The notes beneath the pieces are model-generated. The model did not search any database and was not told where the DNA came from. It saw only the letters and a list, made by a program, of their open reading frames with translations. A stretch of 64,000 nucleotides of DNA, from contig MCFH01000003.1 of the NCBI GenBank assembly GCA_002104945.1, forward strand, positions 1,054,001-1,118,000, written 5' to 3'. The position numbers and the translations under genes were made by a program. Below are positions 24,301-35,688 of the stretch, piece by piece. How positions within the stretch are numbered: position 1 is the stretch's first letter; each line of letters begins with the position of its first letter. Origin of the DNA: Piromyces finnis finn (taxonomy: Eukaryota; Fungi; Neocallimastigomycota).

Positions 24301-26045
24301 AGGAAATGAATTTATGGGTGAAACAAATTAAGATGGCCATTACCGTGGAAAAATTCAAAAGAACTAGCCTTCCAAAGGTTCCAGAACTTCCAGCTTCATA
24401 TGCAAGTAATAATGATGTAAGTTCCAGTTCTATACCAAATCTCAATGCCAATGTTAGTATTAGTAGCATTCCAAGTACCACAGCGGCCATTGTTTCTGGT
24501 AATCCAAAAGTAGGTAGTGTCGATAGTTATCTCAACAAAAACAAACATACAAGTAACAATCCTTCAAATACCAATACCGAAGAAACCTACAGAAACAGTA
24601 AAGACATAGACATCAGCTTGGATTCCAAGGGTATTACCAATGTTTCTATGGCTATGTCCATCCCAGAAAATGCCTCTTTTGTATCCACACAATCTGCCCA
24701 AGCAAACCAACGTGTGAACGATATTAAAACTGAAAATGGTCTTGGTGATGGAAGTTTCACTTCAAGTAATTCAAACAACAATACCGATACCAATACCAGT
24801 ATTACCTTAAGAAACGGATCCCCTGCTTTAAAGCAAGGTAATAAAAAGGAGAATAAATTAGAATTTCCAGCAAGAGTTTCCAGTAATCATCATCAACATC
24901 GTCATAAACGCATGGATAAAATATTGAGAACAACAGCAGCAAAGAATTCTTCAAATAAAACCATTGATACCAACAATATTCTTAAACATCTTTCCTTGGA
25001 TTCTGTTGTTCACAATGAGAATACGATGGATTTGAAATTCTACAATAAAGATTTAGAATTTAGCGATGAGGAAGAATTATCTATTTTGATGGATGAAGAT
25101 TTCATGAATAAGAGTAAAATGGCCGAAAATAGTTTCTATATTCATGGAGATGATAAAAACAAAAGTTTCAATGAAATTGATCCTCTTTACCCAAGCAGTA
25201 AAAGTAAACTTTCTCAAGACGCCAATATAAATTTCAGTCGAGTGATTGTCACTGAAATTAGTCGTAAGGATTCTGATGGTGCAGATAGATTTGTTCGTCC
25301 AAGAAAGCATCACCGTTCAAAATCTGAAGGTAGTAATCTACGAACATTAGCTAGCTTTTCCAATCATGGTAACTCTGATTCTCGAACCTCTTCCTTTGTT
25401 AGTGTTGATAGTAACGATGAAGTTGAAGTGGATAATCTTTCCATGTATCAAGAAATATTATCGTCCAATAAAACTGATTATCGTATTTCCCACGGAAATC
25501 TTACCCTTAAATCCACGGATAAAGAAAAGTCTTCCCACAAAAAGAAGGAAAAGGACAGAAAGTCCAAAGAAGATGGTAAGGAAGAAGAAGAAGTAGATAA
25601 AAAGAAAAATCGTCGTTCTTTAACCGTATCCGTTTCTAGTCTTTCCTCCTCTTTTTCCTCCATTACTTCACCTCTTAAAGATGATATCAGTGTATCCTCC
25701 CTATCCTTATCCTCTTTATCCTCCCCAACAAAATCTATAATTTCAGATGTGAATGAAGAAGCAGATAAAGAAAAGAAAGGCGATTTATTAACCCCACCAC
25801 AACTTTCTCAACCTGTCTCAGAGGGTCAAAAAATTTCTATTTCTAAAACATTTTCTAGTTTTATGAATGAATTTGATGAAAAAATAAAGGATAAAGAAGA
25901 ACATGACGACGACAGTGTTTCTATTGATAATGAAAGTACCGTAATGAAATATACTGGTAAAAATGCCATTACCCCAACCGACGAATACTTTAATAAAGCA
26001 TTAACAGAATTGGCTGCACTTTCTGATTTAACCAAAAAGAAGTAA
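21378..26045 (+). CDS. 1555-aa single-exon PH-domain protein, mostly low-complexity or disordered
   Basis: Uninterrupted ORF. PH domain LTSGYLLKRSSSLFKKWKHRYFIL...EFYFQAINEEEMNLWVKQI at about 24040-24345. N-terminal coiled-coil-like segment. Confidence 0.9.
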   Translation: MPMEDAIQKLKQQKQKLNELKEKQRYLVENDPNNQKLKREFNKEWNEILGEISDIYALNENINRINETSTSKMSLKEKNMTMEGNNYPQKYGEENPTIDDIKGFLTDYNSESNSEEESHHRKERIREHHKKRIQERYFEVMSRNLQNINTNGYNDYSNNRNYNDYEDSSKMKIEELMESRNKLDFTKNGGRFLDDYDETGHRIVNNNTNSKLSSINNKMNPIGNRIQSIDSTITDEKSGPIINEDMLKDLNDIKELNKAIQRANLVDDYDDLEILKNRRMPPAPSTAGVVNAMSNSPMNYEFIDKIPMGNAAYRMDNFDASPERNYTPTYSPMLMKHGGRPKRQPVPLDDLDDYIDVNAIRNNNGMKNSPVVNPRVNKNPMLGGYEIPPLDNNFMDGRSMHSDAMYNSPTLRTNPGVMTNSPLISSRSSGRSSLASPPPISGIPRNGLSPRMSPTVNPSPGGVMSNAAAMEWNQLEDELDDGDIEDDLSDLDDYMSPKTKEFKGNKALKLLGVGTKSGAINKNKFSLKNRPMAPTVAPMAPIKYPNIGMLSKPDYIPMSGIGVGGVSMSPYLMKESKSVDNIPGIDSPYGSEKLGMGGPEFVSVPEKLNNLSSLEMNRNVALPPSENNSNGKAMKLLGLKGGIKPTLINTKGVGLDYSNNPSANSYKNFGVSPLTAAGGSSFMINNNSNIKGFQTLNSPSAAEISPIKNINYENAVPLSGPNNSKYNNKPNLLKNDLLNKPNPSESQVKRLNDVLNNTFGSSGEMILGSESMMSSSSYSHSYSHSYSNNNSNNNINNNSTFSSNNNINNSTFSNNNNININNTSYNSNGSSHNRSATNNEGMDFSRLRDPKNMKPEEKLDVMLFSSLTYTMKQITIHELTASKNKNILTSGYLLKRSSSLFKKWKHRYFILCSDHLYCFASNQPNEKSLLAIPITKDAVVRSHVEENKFIIIFIAVWYEFSIVQKEFYFQAINEEEMNLWVKQIKMAITVEKFKRTSLPKVPELPASYASNNDVSSSSIPNLNANVSISSIPSTTAAIVSGNPKVGSVDSYLNKNKHTSNNPSNTNTEETYRNSKDIDISLDSKGITNVSMAMSIPENASFVSTQSAQANQRVNDIKTENGLGDGSFTSSNSNNNTDTNTSITLRNGSPALKQGNKKENKLEFPARVSSNHHQHRHKRMDKILRTTAAKNSSNKTIDTNNILKHLSLDSVVHNENTMDLKFYNKDLEFSDEEELSILMDEDFMNKSKMAENSFYIHGDDKNKSFNEIDPLYPSSKSKLSQDANINFSRVIVTEISRKDSDGADRFVRPRKHHRSKSEGSNLRTLASFSNHGNSDSRTSSFVSVDSNDEVEVDNLSMYQEILSSNKTDYRISHGNLTLKSTDKEKSSHKKKEKDRKSKEDGKEEEEVDKKKNRRSLTVSVSSLSSSFSSITSPLKDDISVSSLSLSSLSSPTKSIISDVNEEADKEKKGDLLTPPQLSQPVSEGQKISISKTFSSFMNEFDEKIKDKEEHDDDSVSIDNESTVMKYTGKNAITPTDEYFNKALTELAALSDLTKKK

Positions 26046-27034
26046 TCCATCACTCACTCTTTTTTTTTGATATAATTCGTCTTGTTATTAAAATATAGAA
26101 TAAATAGAATAGAAATGTTGTAAAAGGAGAATAAGTAATTCTATTCAATAATTATTATTTTTTTTTATAAACGTTAATCCCAACACTCCAAAATTGATAT
26201 ATTATAATTCCATTTAAAAAAAAAAGAAGAAATAAGAAAAAGAAAAATCACCAATTAAATTTTTTTTACAACCCATTCTTATATATTATTAAAGCAATTT
26301 ACCACGTACATTGTTTATTCAAAAAGAAAAAAAAAATTTTTTAACAGTTAAAAAAATTATTATTTTATATATCTTTTTCTTTTTTCTTTTCCTCTCTTTT
26401 CTTCTTTTTTTTAAAAAAAAAAAAAGTATCTTTTTTAATTTTAAAAGAACATACTAATTTTATAAAGGTAAATTTTTTTGACTATTTAAAAATAGTAATA
26501 TTATGTAATATATATTAAAAATATAGATAATATATATATAGCAATAAACAAAACAAAACAACAAAAAAAAAAAAAAAAAAAAAATTACAAAACCATCAAA
26601 AACAATAGATAAAAAAATATCAATAATAAATAGCTTTTTTTAAAAAAAAAAAAAAATGTATTGATAATTTAATTTATTTTTAGAGGTATATATTTATTCA
26701 TTATAAAAGTAATAAAAAAAAAAATATACTAATTTTAAATTATCTTATAAATAAAAATCAACAACAAAAAATAATAATAGAAAGGAATAAGAAAGGAAAA
26801 AAAAAAAAAAAAAAAAAATTTACCAATTTATAGTATTAAAATTTTATTTAAAAAAAAAAAAAAGAAAAAAAATTAATAGTATTATTATTTATTAATATTT
26901 TTTTTTTTTTTTTTAATAGAAAATCAATAATTATTTTTTATTAAAAATTTAAAAAGAAATTATTATTAACATTATCTAGACATCAATAATTAAATTTAAA
27001 AATAATCAAATAGTTATATTCAAATGTAAAATAC

Positions 27035-27070
<36 letters not shown>

Positions 27071-27424
27071 ATATTCCTTTTAACAAAAAATAAAAATAAA
27101 AATAATTAAAAAAAAGAATGAATATTATTTTTTTTTTATTAAAAGTTTTGTTCTATTTGAAATTAGAAATCTTTGGCAAAATATTTTTCCAATTTTTTTT
27201 TTAAAAATAAATTTATTTTTATATCTTTTTCTGGTTCCTCATTTTCAATCGTTTTACCGAATTTAACAACAACTAAGGAATTTGTGGTAAAGTGTCATCT
27301 ATCAGGTCCAATTGGTTGTTATTGAACTCTTTTTAAAGTCTTTTTTTTTTTTCTTCAACCTTTTAACATTCTGATTAAGCTAACTCTTGAGTATTTGAAT
27401 TAATTCTAATAGTGAAAAATTATC

Positions 27425-27455
<31 letters not shown>

Positions 27456-29019
27456 TTAGTATTCGACCTCTATTCTTTTGTTTCATATTCCAAGGAAAAG
27501 TGATCTATTATTAGAAATATAATAATTATCAAGATATTTTACTCACACCTATTATATATCAAAGATTATTACAAATAAGAATATCAACATATGCCTTTTT
27601 TTTTTTTTTTCTACATGATCTCATTAGACCTAAACAATTTGGATTCCATAGCAAAGGAAAAAAAAAAAAATTAATTTATTCATTTCAAGTAGAGAAATCT
27701 GTCTAGAGATAAAAAATTATATAAAAACTAAATAGAATTTGTGTTACAATTTTCAACATTATTACCAAAAAACTTTTATTTCTTTACTTCTTTACTAATT
27801 GATACTTTTCTATAGATAAGCCGGATTAAATGTAGATTTATCCTTGATGTCAAGAATATTATTAAAAAGATACTTTGTGTCAGACACCTTCCTCAACATT
27901 TATTCTTGTTCCAGTAATATTAATAGTATTCCAAGTTTTATACTTTATAATATCATTATTAGTAAAAGTTATTTTAGACTAACCTAATCATAATAAAAAA
28001 AAAAAAAAAAAAAGAAAAAAAGAAAAATGGATGATTCCTTTTCAAATAGTTATTTTTTTTTTTTGATATTAATATAAATCAATGGATGATAACACGTGTT
28101 ATCATGAAAATAATATATTTTTTATAATTTAATTACATATTTTTATTTAAATTAAAAACTTTAATTTAATGAAAGTTGAAGAAATTCTTTAAAGTAAATT
28201 AAAAAAAGTATTTATTTTGCTTTTTTTTTTTTTTTTTTTACTATTTATTTAACTATTCTTTATATGATACTAGGATATTATTTCTTATTTATCTTTTATA
28301 AACTATTTCTACCTTTTTTTTTATTTCTATGTTGTTACTCAATAGTTTTTTTTTATCTTTGACAATAAAATAAAAAAAAAACTTTATTGTTTCCCTTATC
28401 CTACAATACAACAAAAATTATAATGTACATTATAGTTATGTCCAATCTTATTATTATTTTTTTTTTCTTTGACTTTCCAAATTCATGGAATTTCTTTTAG
28501 TGACCATTTTTTAAACTTTAAAACTAATAAAATTTATGACCTGTGTAACTTTAAATTACTGCCTAAAATTTTTAATTTAGATAGGTTTTTGGTATAAAAA
28601 GAAAAATCCTTTTTTTTGGTACTTTGAAATTTATTTGAAATAAAAAGATAAATACTCATTTTATATTCCTTTTTATTAACTAACAAATTAAAAAAAAAGT
28701 AAAAAAAAGGGTTTCTTTCATTCTTTTAAAGCTATTTAAATATTTTGATTATTATTCTTAATTATACCTATTATTATTTTTAATTTATTGTTCTTCTTCT
28801 TATGAACCTATAAATATATAACTATTAAAAATAAAAAAAAAAAAAAAGATTTTTACTTTTAATACTATATTAAATATATACTTATATTCATTTTATTATT
28901 CTTATTATTATTATTTCTATTTATAAGGTAGATTAAATTATAAAAAGTTATTTTTTTCTTATAATTTTGATGAAAAATGGTCTTTCGTGAATTAACTTCC
29001 TGGAAAAAGTAATATTAAA

Positions 29020-29103
29020 AAAAATATAGATACATATAAAAATATAAATACATATAAAAATATAAATACATATAAAAATATAAATACATATAAAAATATA
29101 AAT
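29020..29103. repeat. 18-bp minisatellite (AAAAATATAAATACATAT) x ~4.5
   Basis: Directly visible tandem units. Confidence 0.85.
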
Positions 29104-31102
29104 ATAAATAAATATTATTGTCAATTCATTCTAATGTGTTTTTTTCTCTTCATTATTACAATATTAGTATCAGAAGAGAATGTAATGTAACTACTAAACT
29201 AAATTCTATCGGTATTATTCATTTTATTTCTTTAATAATTCCATAATTTAAATATATAATTATATTAATAAAATTGTTATCGAGTTTAACTGACGATTTT
29301 TTTTAATACTTTTATAATATAGATTCATTATATATCGATATGAATGGTCTAGTTAGTAATAAATTACATAGTCTTAAAGACAGTATTGATGAATACTCTA
29401 TTGAAGAATTAACAGATTCTATTTTTGATTTAATCGATATTGAAACTAATACTTTTAAACCGAGGAAATGTGTAGGAATATTTTTTGATGGGGTTTCACC
29501 GAAAGCAAAAATGAATATTCAAAGACAACGAAGAATTCGCGAATATTATAAATATAAAGATAGGTGTAACTTTCAATTTAATTCTATTTCTATTGGAACT
29601 GAATTTTTTACTCAAATTTCCAATATAATTCATGAGAAAATTAAAAAAATAAAAGAGGACAGCAATTTAATTTGGAATAAAGTCAAAGTGGTTTTTTCTG
29701 GTCCTGATGTTGTTGGTGAAGCCGAACAAAAAATATTTGATTTCATCAAACAAAATTCAAAGAATACTTTAGAAAATGGATGTATCTATACCTCTGATAG
29801 TGATTTTTATTTATTAGCATTAGCTAATCGTCAATACCATTTATTGGTTTATAACGATTGCAATTGCAATATAAAAAATAATAAATCAATGAAAAGGAAT
29901 TTCTTTTCCGTTAAAAAATTATATCAATATATTTTAAGTCATTTCCAAAAGGTACAAGAAGAAAATCAAAGAAAAATTATTGATGATTTTGTTTGTTTAT
30001 GCTTTCTCACTGAAAATAATTATTTGCCAGGAATTCATGATGTTCAATTTAATGATATTTTTGAAATATATAAGGAAAATTGGAAAACGATTGGATTTAT
30101 TAATAATAATGGAAAGTTAAATGAAGAAAATCTTAAGAAATTCCTTTCCAAGTTAAATGATAAGGTTTCTATTAAAAATAAAATAATTTATCATTTAGAT
30201 GAAAAATTTATAAATTTTTGTAATGGTAAAGAGGATAATATAAATAGTAATAATGATGAGGATAGAAATTATATTATAAAATATGGTAAGTTTATAATAA
30301 TCAAAAAAAAAAAATAATAATAATATGACTTAAATATTATAAAATAAAATAAATACATTAATTGAAAAAATTAACTATTATCTGTTTTTTATTTTTAAAT
30401 ATTTTATAATTTATTATAGAATTAGTCAATCACTATATGTTAAAGAGTGAAGTTTTTGATGATATTCAATATTTTTGTAAGGATCAAAAATCCAAATCTA
30501 AAGATGTTGATTACAAAGATCCTATGGCTATTAAATATTTAAAATTCTTATGCTCTATCTTTAAATTTGAATACAAGGAAAATAATAAAATTCTCATAAA
30601 TGATCCAGAGAATAAAAAAGGATTGTATGACTCTGACCATTATTGGCAATTTAAAAAGTATTTAAATCAAAATAATTTAAATATTAATCATCTTAAAAAT
30701 TTTGATGATAAGAAAAAAGTGGAACTTTTAAATATGTGTAAAGAATGTAATATTAAATACAAGAGAAATAACTACATAACTATATTTAAAGGAGATGATG
30801 AAACTACTCCATTAAACATCATGAAAGAAATTGAATCGGAAGTCTATAATAAAAAAGACTTTTTCTTGAGTAAAAATGAAGAATATTACAAGGTATAAAA
30901 AATCTTTAATTATTTTTATATTTTTTTAAATAAATTAAAAAAATTCTAATTATAAAAAATATGATTTAATTATACTATATTAAAACAATACTTTTATTAC
31001 ATATTATATATTCTATTGTTATATATCTATTGTTATATATATAAATAGAGAAACATTCCAAATTGTAATAAGGGTCAATTGATTAATCAATTTATTAAAG
31101 GA

Positions 31103-31655
31103 GTCGTTCCAGTTTTTATCCTGGTTGTTAAGGCGTTTCCTTAGCATATATAAGGCTTCTGGTTCGACCCCGCAGATGTCAGTGCCTGTGGATTTTCCCA
31201 CTGGGTTTGCCATGGGTTGGGTTATGATATTCAGGTAAGTATAAATGAACTTTCTAATTTACTACTATGATAATAACACTCGTCTAGCCGGCCTGAGAGG
31301 GTCTAGTGTACATGGTACATTCCAAATTAGAACTTAATAAGTGGTGACTTAGGCTATGCCAAAAACACATAATATTCCTTAATCAATTTAAGTGTAAACA
31401 TTAGGGGGCGGTTGACACGTGATCAAATTGACTATAAGAGGCTTAGCATTGTAGTTGTGAAATATCGTACAACGACATGCATCTAATGTACATGGATTAA
31501 GTGAGCGTCGAAGCTGAAGAAACAGTATGACAGACCAGGAGGGTCACAACCACCTAGCAATAGGAATGAGCCAACGTTTCTCTAAGAACCACCATTGGAG
31601 CTAACTCTGATCGATGGGAGAAATGCACTCGGAAAGTTAAAAAAAAAAAAAAAAA
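31103..31655 (+). mobile_element. tRNA-Ala-derived SINE, copy 2, inserted in an XRN coding exon
   Basis: TSD TTTATTAAAGG (31091-31101, 31656-31666) and 17-nt poly(A). Two differences from copy 1 seen by eye. The flanks rejoin as LINQFIKGIEWLLKTYY. Confidence 0.92.
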
Positions 31656-32738
31656 TTTATTAAAGGTATAGAGTGGCTATTGAAAACCTATTATGATAAG
31701 GTTCCTTCATGGACTTGGCATTACGAACATCGTTATTGGAATAACAAATGTAATAGTTATGGTCCATTAATATCTGGTATTTATCACTTTTTTTTATCCT
31801 TAAAAATAATAAATTTAATTATTCATATATATATAAATATATAAATATTTACTCTTTTTTATAATATTAAAATTAAATTTTTATTTGTAATTTTATTTGA
31901 TAAAATGTTATTTTACTTATATAATATGTATTATTTATATAGATTTATGTGAATTTAATGAAAATCAAGTTTTCCAATTTGAACAAGATGAACCACTTCA
32001 ACCTTTAACTCATTTATTAACTATTTTACCTTTAGAAAGTTTTACTTTACTTCCAAATAATTATAAAGAGGTATAATTATTTAAAAGAAAAGTTGGAAAT
32101 TCCTCTTTTTTTTTTTTATTTTCTTTTACTTTCGATTTAAAGAAATAATAAATTTTTTTGATAATTAAATGTTTATTTCTATTAACTTATTTTACATTAT
32201 TATTATATCAATTAATATACCATTGAATCATTGATTATTTATGGGGAAAAAAAAGTTATTAAATCATGAAGAGATAAAAAAAATTGTATCCAGCAATAAA
32301 TAGTTTTTCAGATAAATCTTCTATGTTTAGATATATTTCTGGTCTTCCACTCATCAATTCAAATGACTATAAAGAAGAATTAAAAAGTAAATTCATTTTT
32401 CATCATCTTTTTAATATTATCTTCATATAAAAATAAACATAATTGATACAAATAATATAAAATATATAAAATATAATACAAATAAAGAAAAAAAATTTAT
32501 AATTCATTTAAAATTTTATTTTATATTTTAGCATTAAACAAAAATCTTACAAATAAAGAAAAATTAAGAAATGAATTTGGTGAAACGATTGAATATCTTT
32601 CTAATCAGTAAACACTATAATTTTATATATATATATATATTATTTATATTATTTTATTTTATTATTTGCTATTTAATTATTAATAAATTTAAATAAATAT
32701 CTATTAATATTGATTATAAATTTTTAAAAATATAATAG

Positions 32739-33240
32739 AGAAAAAATTAAAGATCAATATCAATGTTTAATGGACAATGAAAAATATAGGGAAGCCCTTC
32801 TAACAATCAATAAATTAATAAGTAAATAGAATATTTTTTATAAGAAAAGTAAATTAATATATAATTAAAACGAATAATTAATTAATTATTATATAAATAT
32901 TAATATTAATATAAAAATTAGTTAAGAGTGATAATGAAAATGATGATCATTACATTAAACGTGCAACAACCAATTTAAAGATGTATAAATATACAGATGT
33001 TATTGATGATTGCCATTATGCTTTAAAAATTAATAAAAATTGTGTTAAAGCTTATATACTACTTTCTAAATATTATAAGCATCGTGGTCAACTTAGTATA
33101 TCAAAAGAATATCTTAATAAAGGTTTAAACATATCTGAAGAAAATAAAAATTTATCAATTCATATTTCAAACTTGAAAACTGAAGTAAAATAACAAATAA
33201 TAAAATTGAAATAAATTTTATAATAATAATAATAATAATA

Positions 33241-33273
<33 letters not shown>

Positions 33274-35638
33274 TTTATATAATAATATATATATATATAT
33301 TTATATTAATGTAGTTGAGTATCATTGAAAAAATGGAAAATTTATTTGAAAAAGTAAATGAACAAATGAAAAATGGAAATTATAAGAATGCTCTTCAAAC
33401 ATTAGAAGAAACTATGATACTATGTGACAGTAAAATTAGTTCAAATTACCAGTCTAACAAATCATTAAGTATATTAAAGAGTGATGAATTAAGAGGAATT
33501 CCAATTAGATGGAGATTATTACGAGCCGAAATATTAATCATGAATAATGATTACCATGAAGCTATGACTATTGCTGAAATTATATTAGCTAAAGATAAGA
33601 ATAATTCTGAGGCATTAGCTTTAAAAACAAAATTACTTTATATCATGGGTAAAAGTAATATTGATAATGCAGTTAAATATCTCAGAAAAGCTGTTTATTA
33701 TTATAATAAAAACGAAGATGCAAAAAAATTAATTGAAAAAATCCCGGAATTAGAAGAAAAAAAGAAAGAAATTATTAATAATCTATTTAAAGCGGAGCAT
33801 TATGAAGAAGCCATACAAAAATATGATAAACTAATTAACGATTGTAAAGAAATTTATTTAACTGGTATAGTATTAATCATTTTATTAAGAAATAAAAGTA
33901 CATGTTTATTAAAGGTAAAAAAATATATATATAATTAAAATATAAAATAGAAAATAATAAGAATATTAATATTTAAAATTAATAATAATTCTTTTCCAAC
34001 TTTATTATTTATTTAATGATGAAAAAAAATTAGTTGAAAAAATATTCAGAATGTATTGAATGTACCACTGAAGCTATTGAAATTTTAAAAAGCATTGTTT
34101 TTGAAAATGGAGAACCAAAATCCAATGATGAATATAAACATTGTAAACAACAAGATCTTTTCTTTGAACTTTATAAAAAAAGATTAGAAGGTTATATCAA
34201 AGATGAAAATTTCCAAAAAGCTAAAGAAGACTGTGAAATTTTTAAAATGCTTAAACCAATTAAAAAAAGTAAAAGTTTATACACAAAAGACAAAGATAAA
34301 AATAATAAATATAGCTATAAATAATAATATTAATTATTTCTATTTATTCAAATAATATCTATATTTATAATTATATATTATTTGCGTATTATCTTAAAAA
34401 ATAAGAATTGAATATTGAAGAATTGTATAGAAATGAAAAGTAATATTATATAATTTTTTATCCTAATTTTAATATTATATATTTAATTATTAAAACTTAA
34501 TAGATTGGCAATTAATGCTAATGATATAAATATTATTTTTAAAAAAATTGGTTATTATAATAGGATAATTCTTTCAAATTTAGAAAGAGAAAAAGGGAAC
34601 AATTCATTTAATGATAATGACTTTAAGAAAGCATTGGATTTTTACAATAAATCTCTAGGTAATTAGAATTTTTTTTTTAATATATTGAAAGTTTAATAAT
34701 TTGATATGTTTTATTATAATGAAATAATAATTTAATCTGAACTTTTTTTTTTAAATATTAGAAATTTATTTAAATAATAATAAATCTTATTTCAATAGAG
34801 GTTTAGCTTATATGAAACTTTTTAAGTATGAAAAAGCCATTGAAGATTTTAGGAATGCTTATAGATACGATAATCAATATATTAAAGCAATTAATAACTT
34901 GTCAATTTGTTATCTTCAAATACTTGAACCTGAAAAAGCTTTAAATGAAATTGGAAATATTGATTTCCATTCAGATAGCAATTGCGTTAAAACATATAAT
35001 ATATCTAAAAAATTACATGACATGTATAAGGAAATTCGTAATTATTCCTTCAATTATGAAAAGTCTATAGAAAAATATAAATTATTGCTTGATGAATATC
35101 ATAATTACAAGATTTCTGGTTATATTGATGTTTTAATATATAAAAAAATTGCAAGTTTATATCAAAATGTATGTATTAATAATTTAAAAAAAAATTATTA
35201 TAATATTTTTTTTAAATGTATATTTAACTATAAAAAAAATAGTCAAGTAAACATATAGAAGGTATTGAATGTATCACAAAAGCTATTAAAAAATTAAAAG
35301 ATCTTGTTTTTTCAAATGGAGAATCAGAATCCAAAGAAGAGTATGAAAGTTGTGGAAAAAAAGATCTTTTCTTTGAACTTTACAAAGAAAAAATAGAAAG
35401 TCATATTAAAATTAAAAATTTCAGCAGTGCTAAAGAAGATTGTGAAACCTTAAAAATGATTAATCCAATTAATAAAAGTAAAGTTTTATTATAAAAAAAT
35501 AATAATATAAAAATAATATAATATATTTTATTCTTATTTGTTAAAATAATATATATATACTTATTTTTTGTATATCTCGTTAAATAAATAGGATTAGATA
35601 TTGAAGAAATTTTCGAAAAAATAAAAAAGTAAACTATC

Positions 35639-35688
<50 letters not shown>

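Larger units (their letters stand above)
28977..32607 (+). pseudogene. XRN-family 5'-3' exoribonuclease domain, multi-exon, disrupted (start position uncertain)
   Basis: SLYIDMNG, FFDGVSPKAKMNIQRQRR, SIGTEF, GEAEQKI, IYTSDSDF, IIDDFVCLCF, KGIEWLLKTYY..VPSWTWHY, PLTHLLTILP, LT.KEKLRNEFG. Splice phases check from 29323 onward. SINE inside the exon starting at 31049 and one extra A in the run at 32276-32283. Confidence 0.88.

Noticed and set aside
31103-31182. Functional tRNA-Ala gene
   Set aside because: The anticodon and T stems do not pair and the sequence is the head of a TSD-flanked poly(A) element.
31480-31630. Hammerhead ribozyme in the SINE tail (CTGAAGA, small hairpins, GCAA tetraloop)
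   Set aside because: No stem II closed by GAAA could be built by eye.
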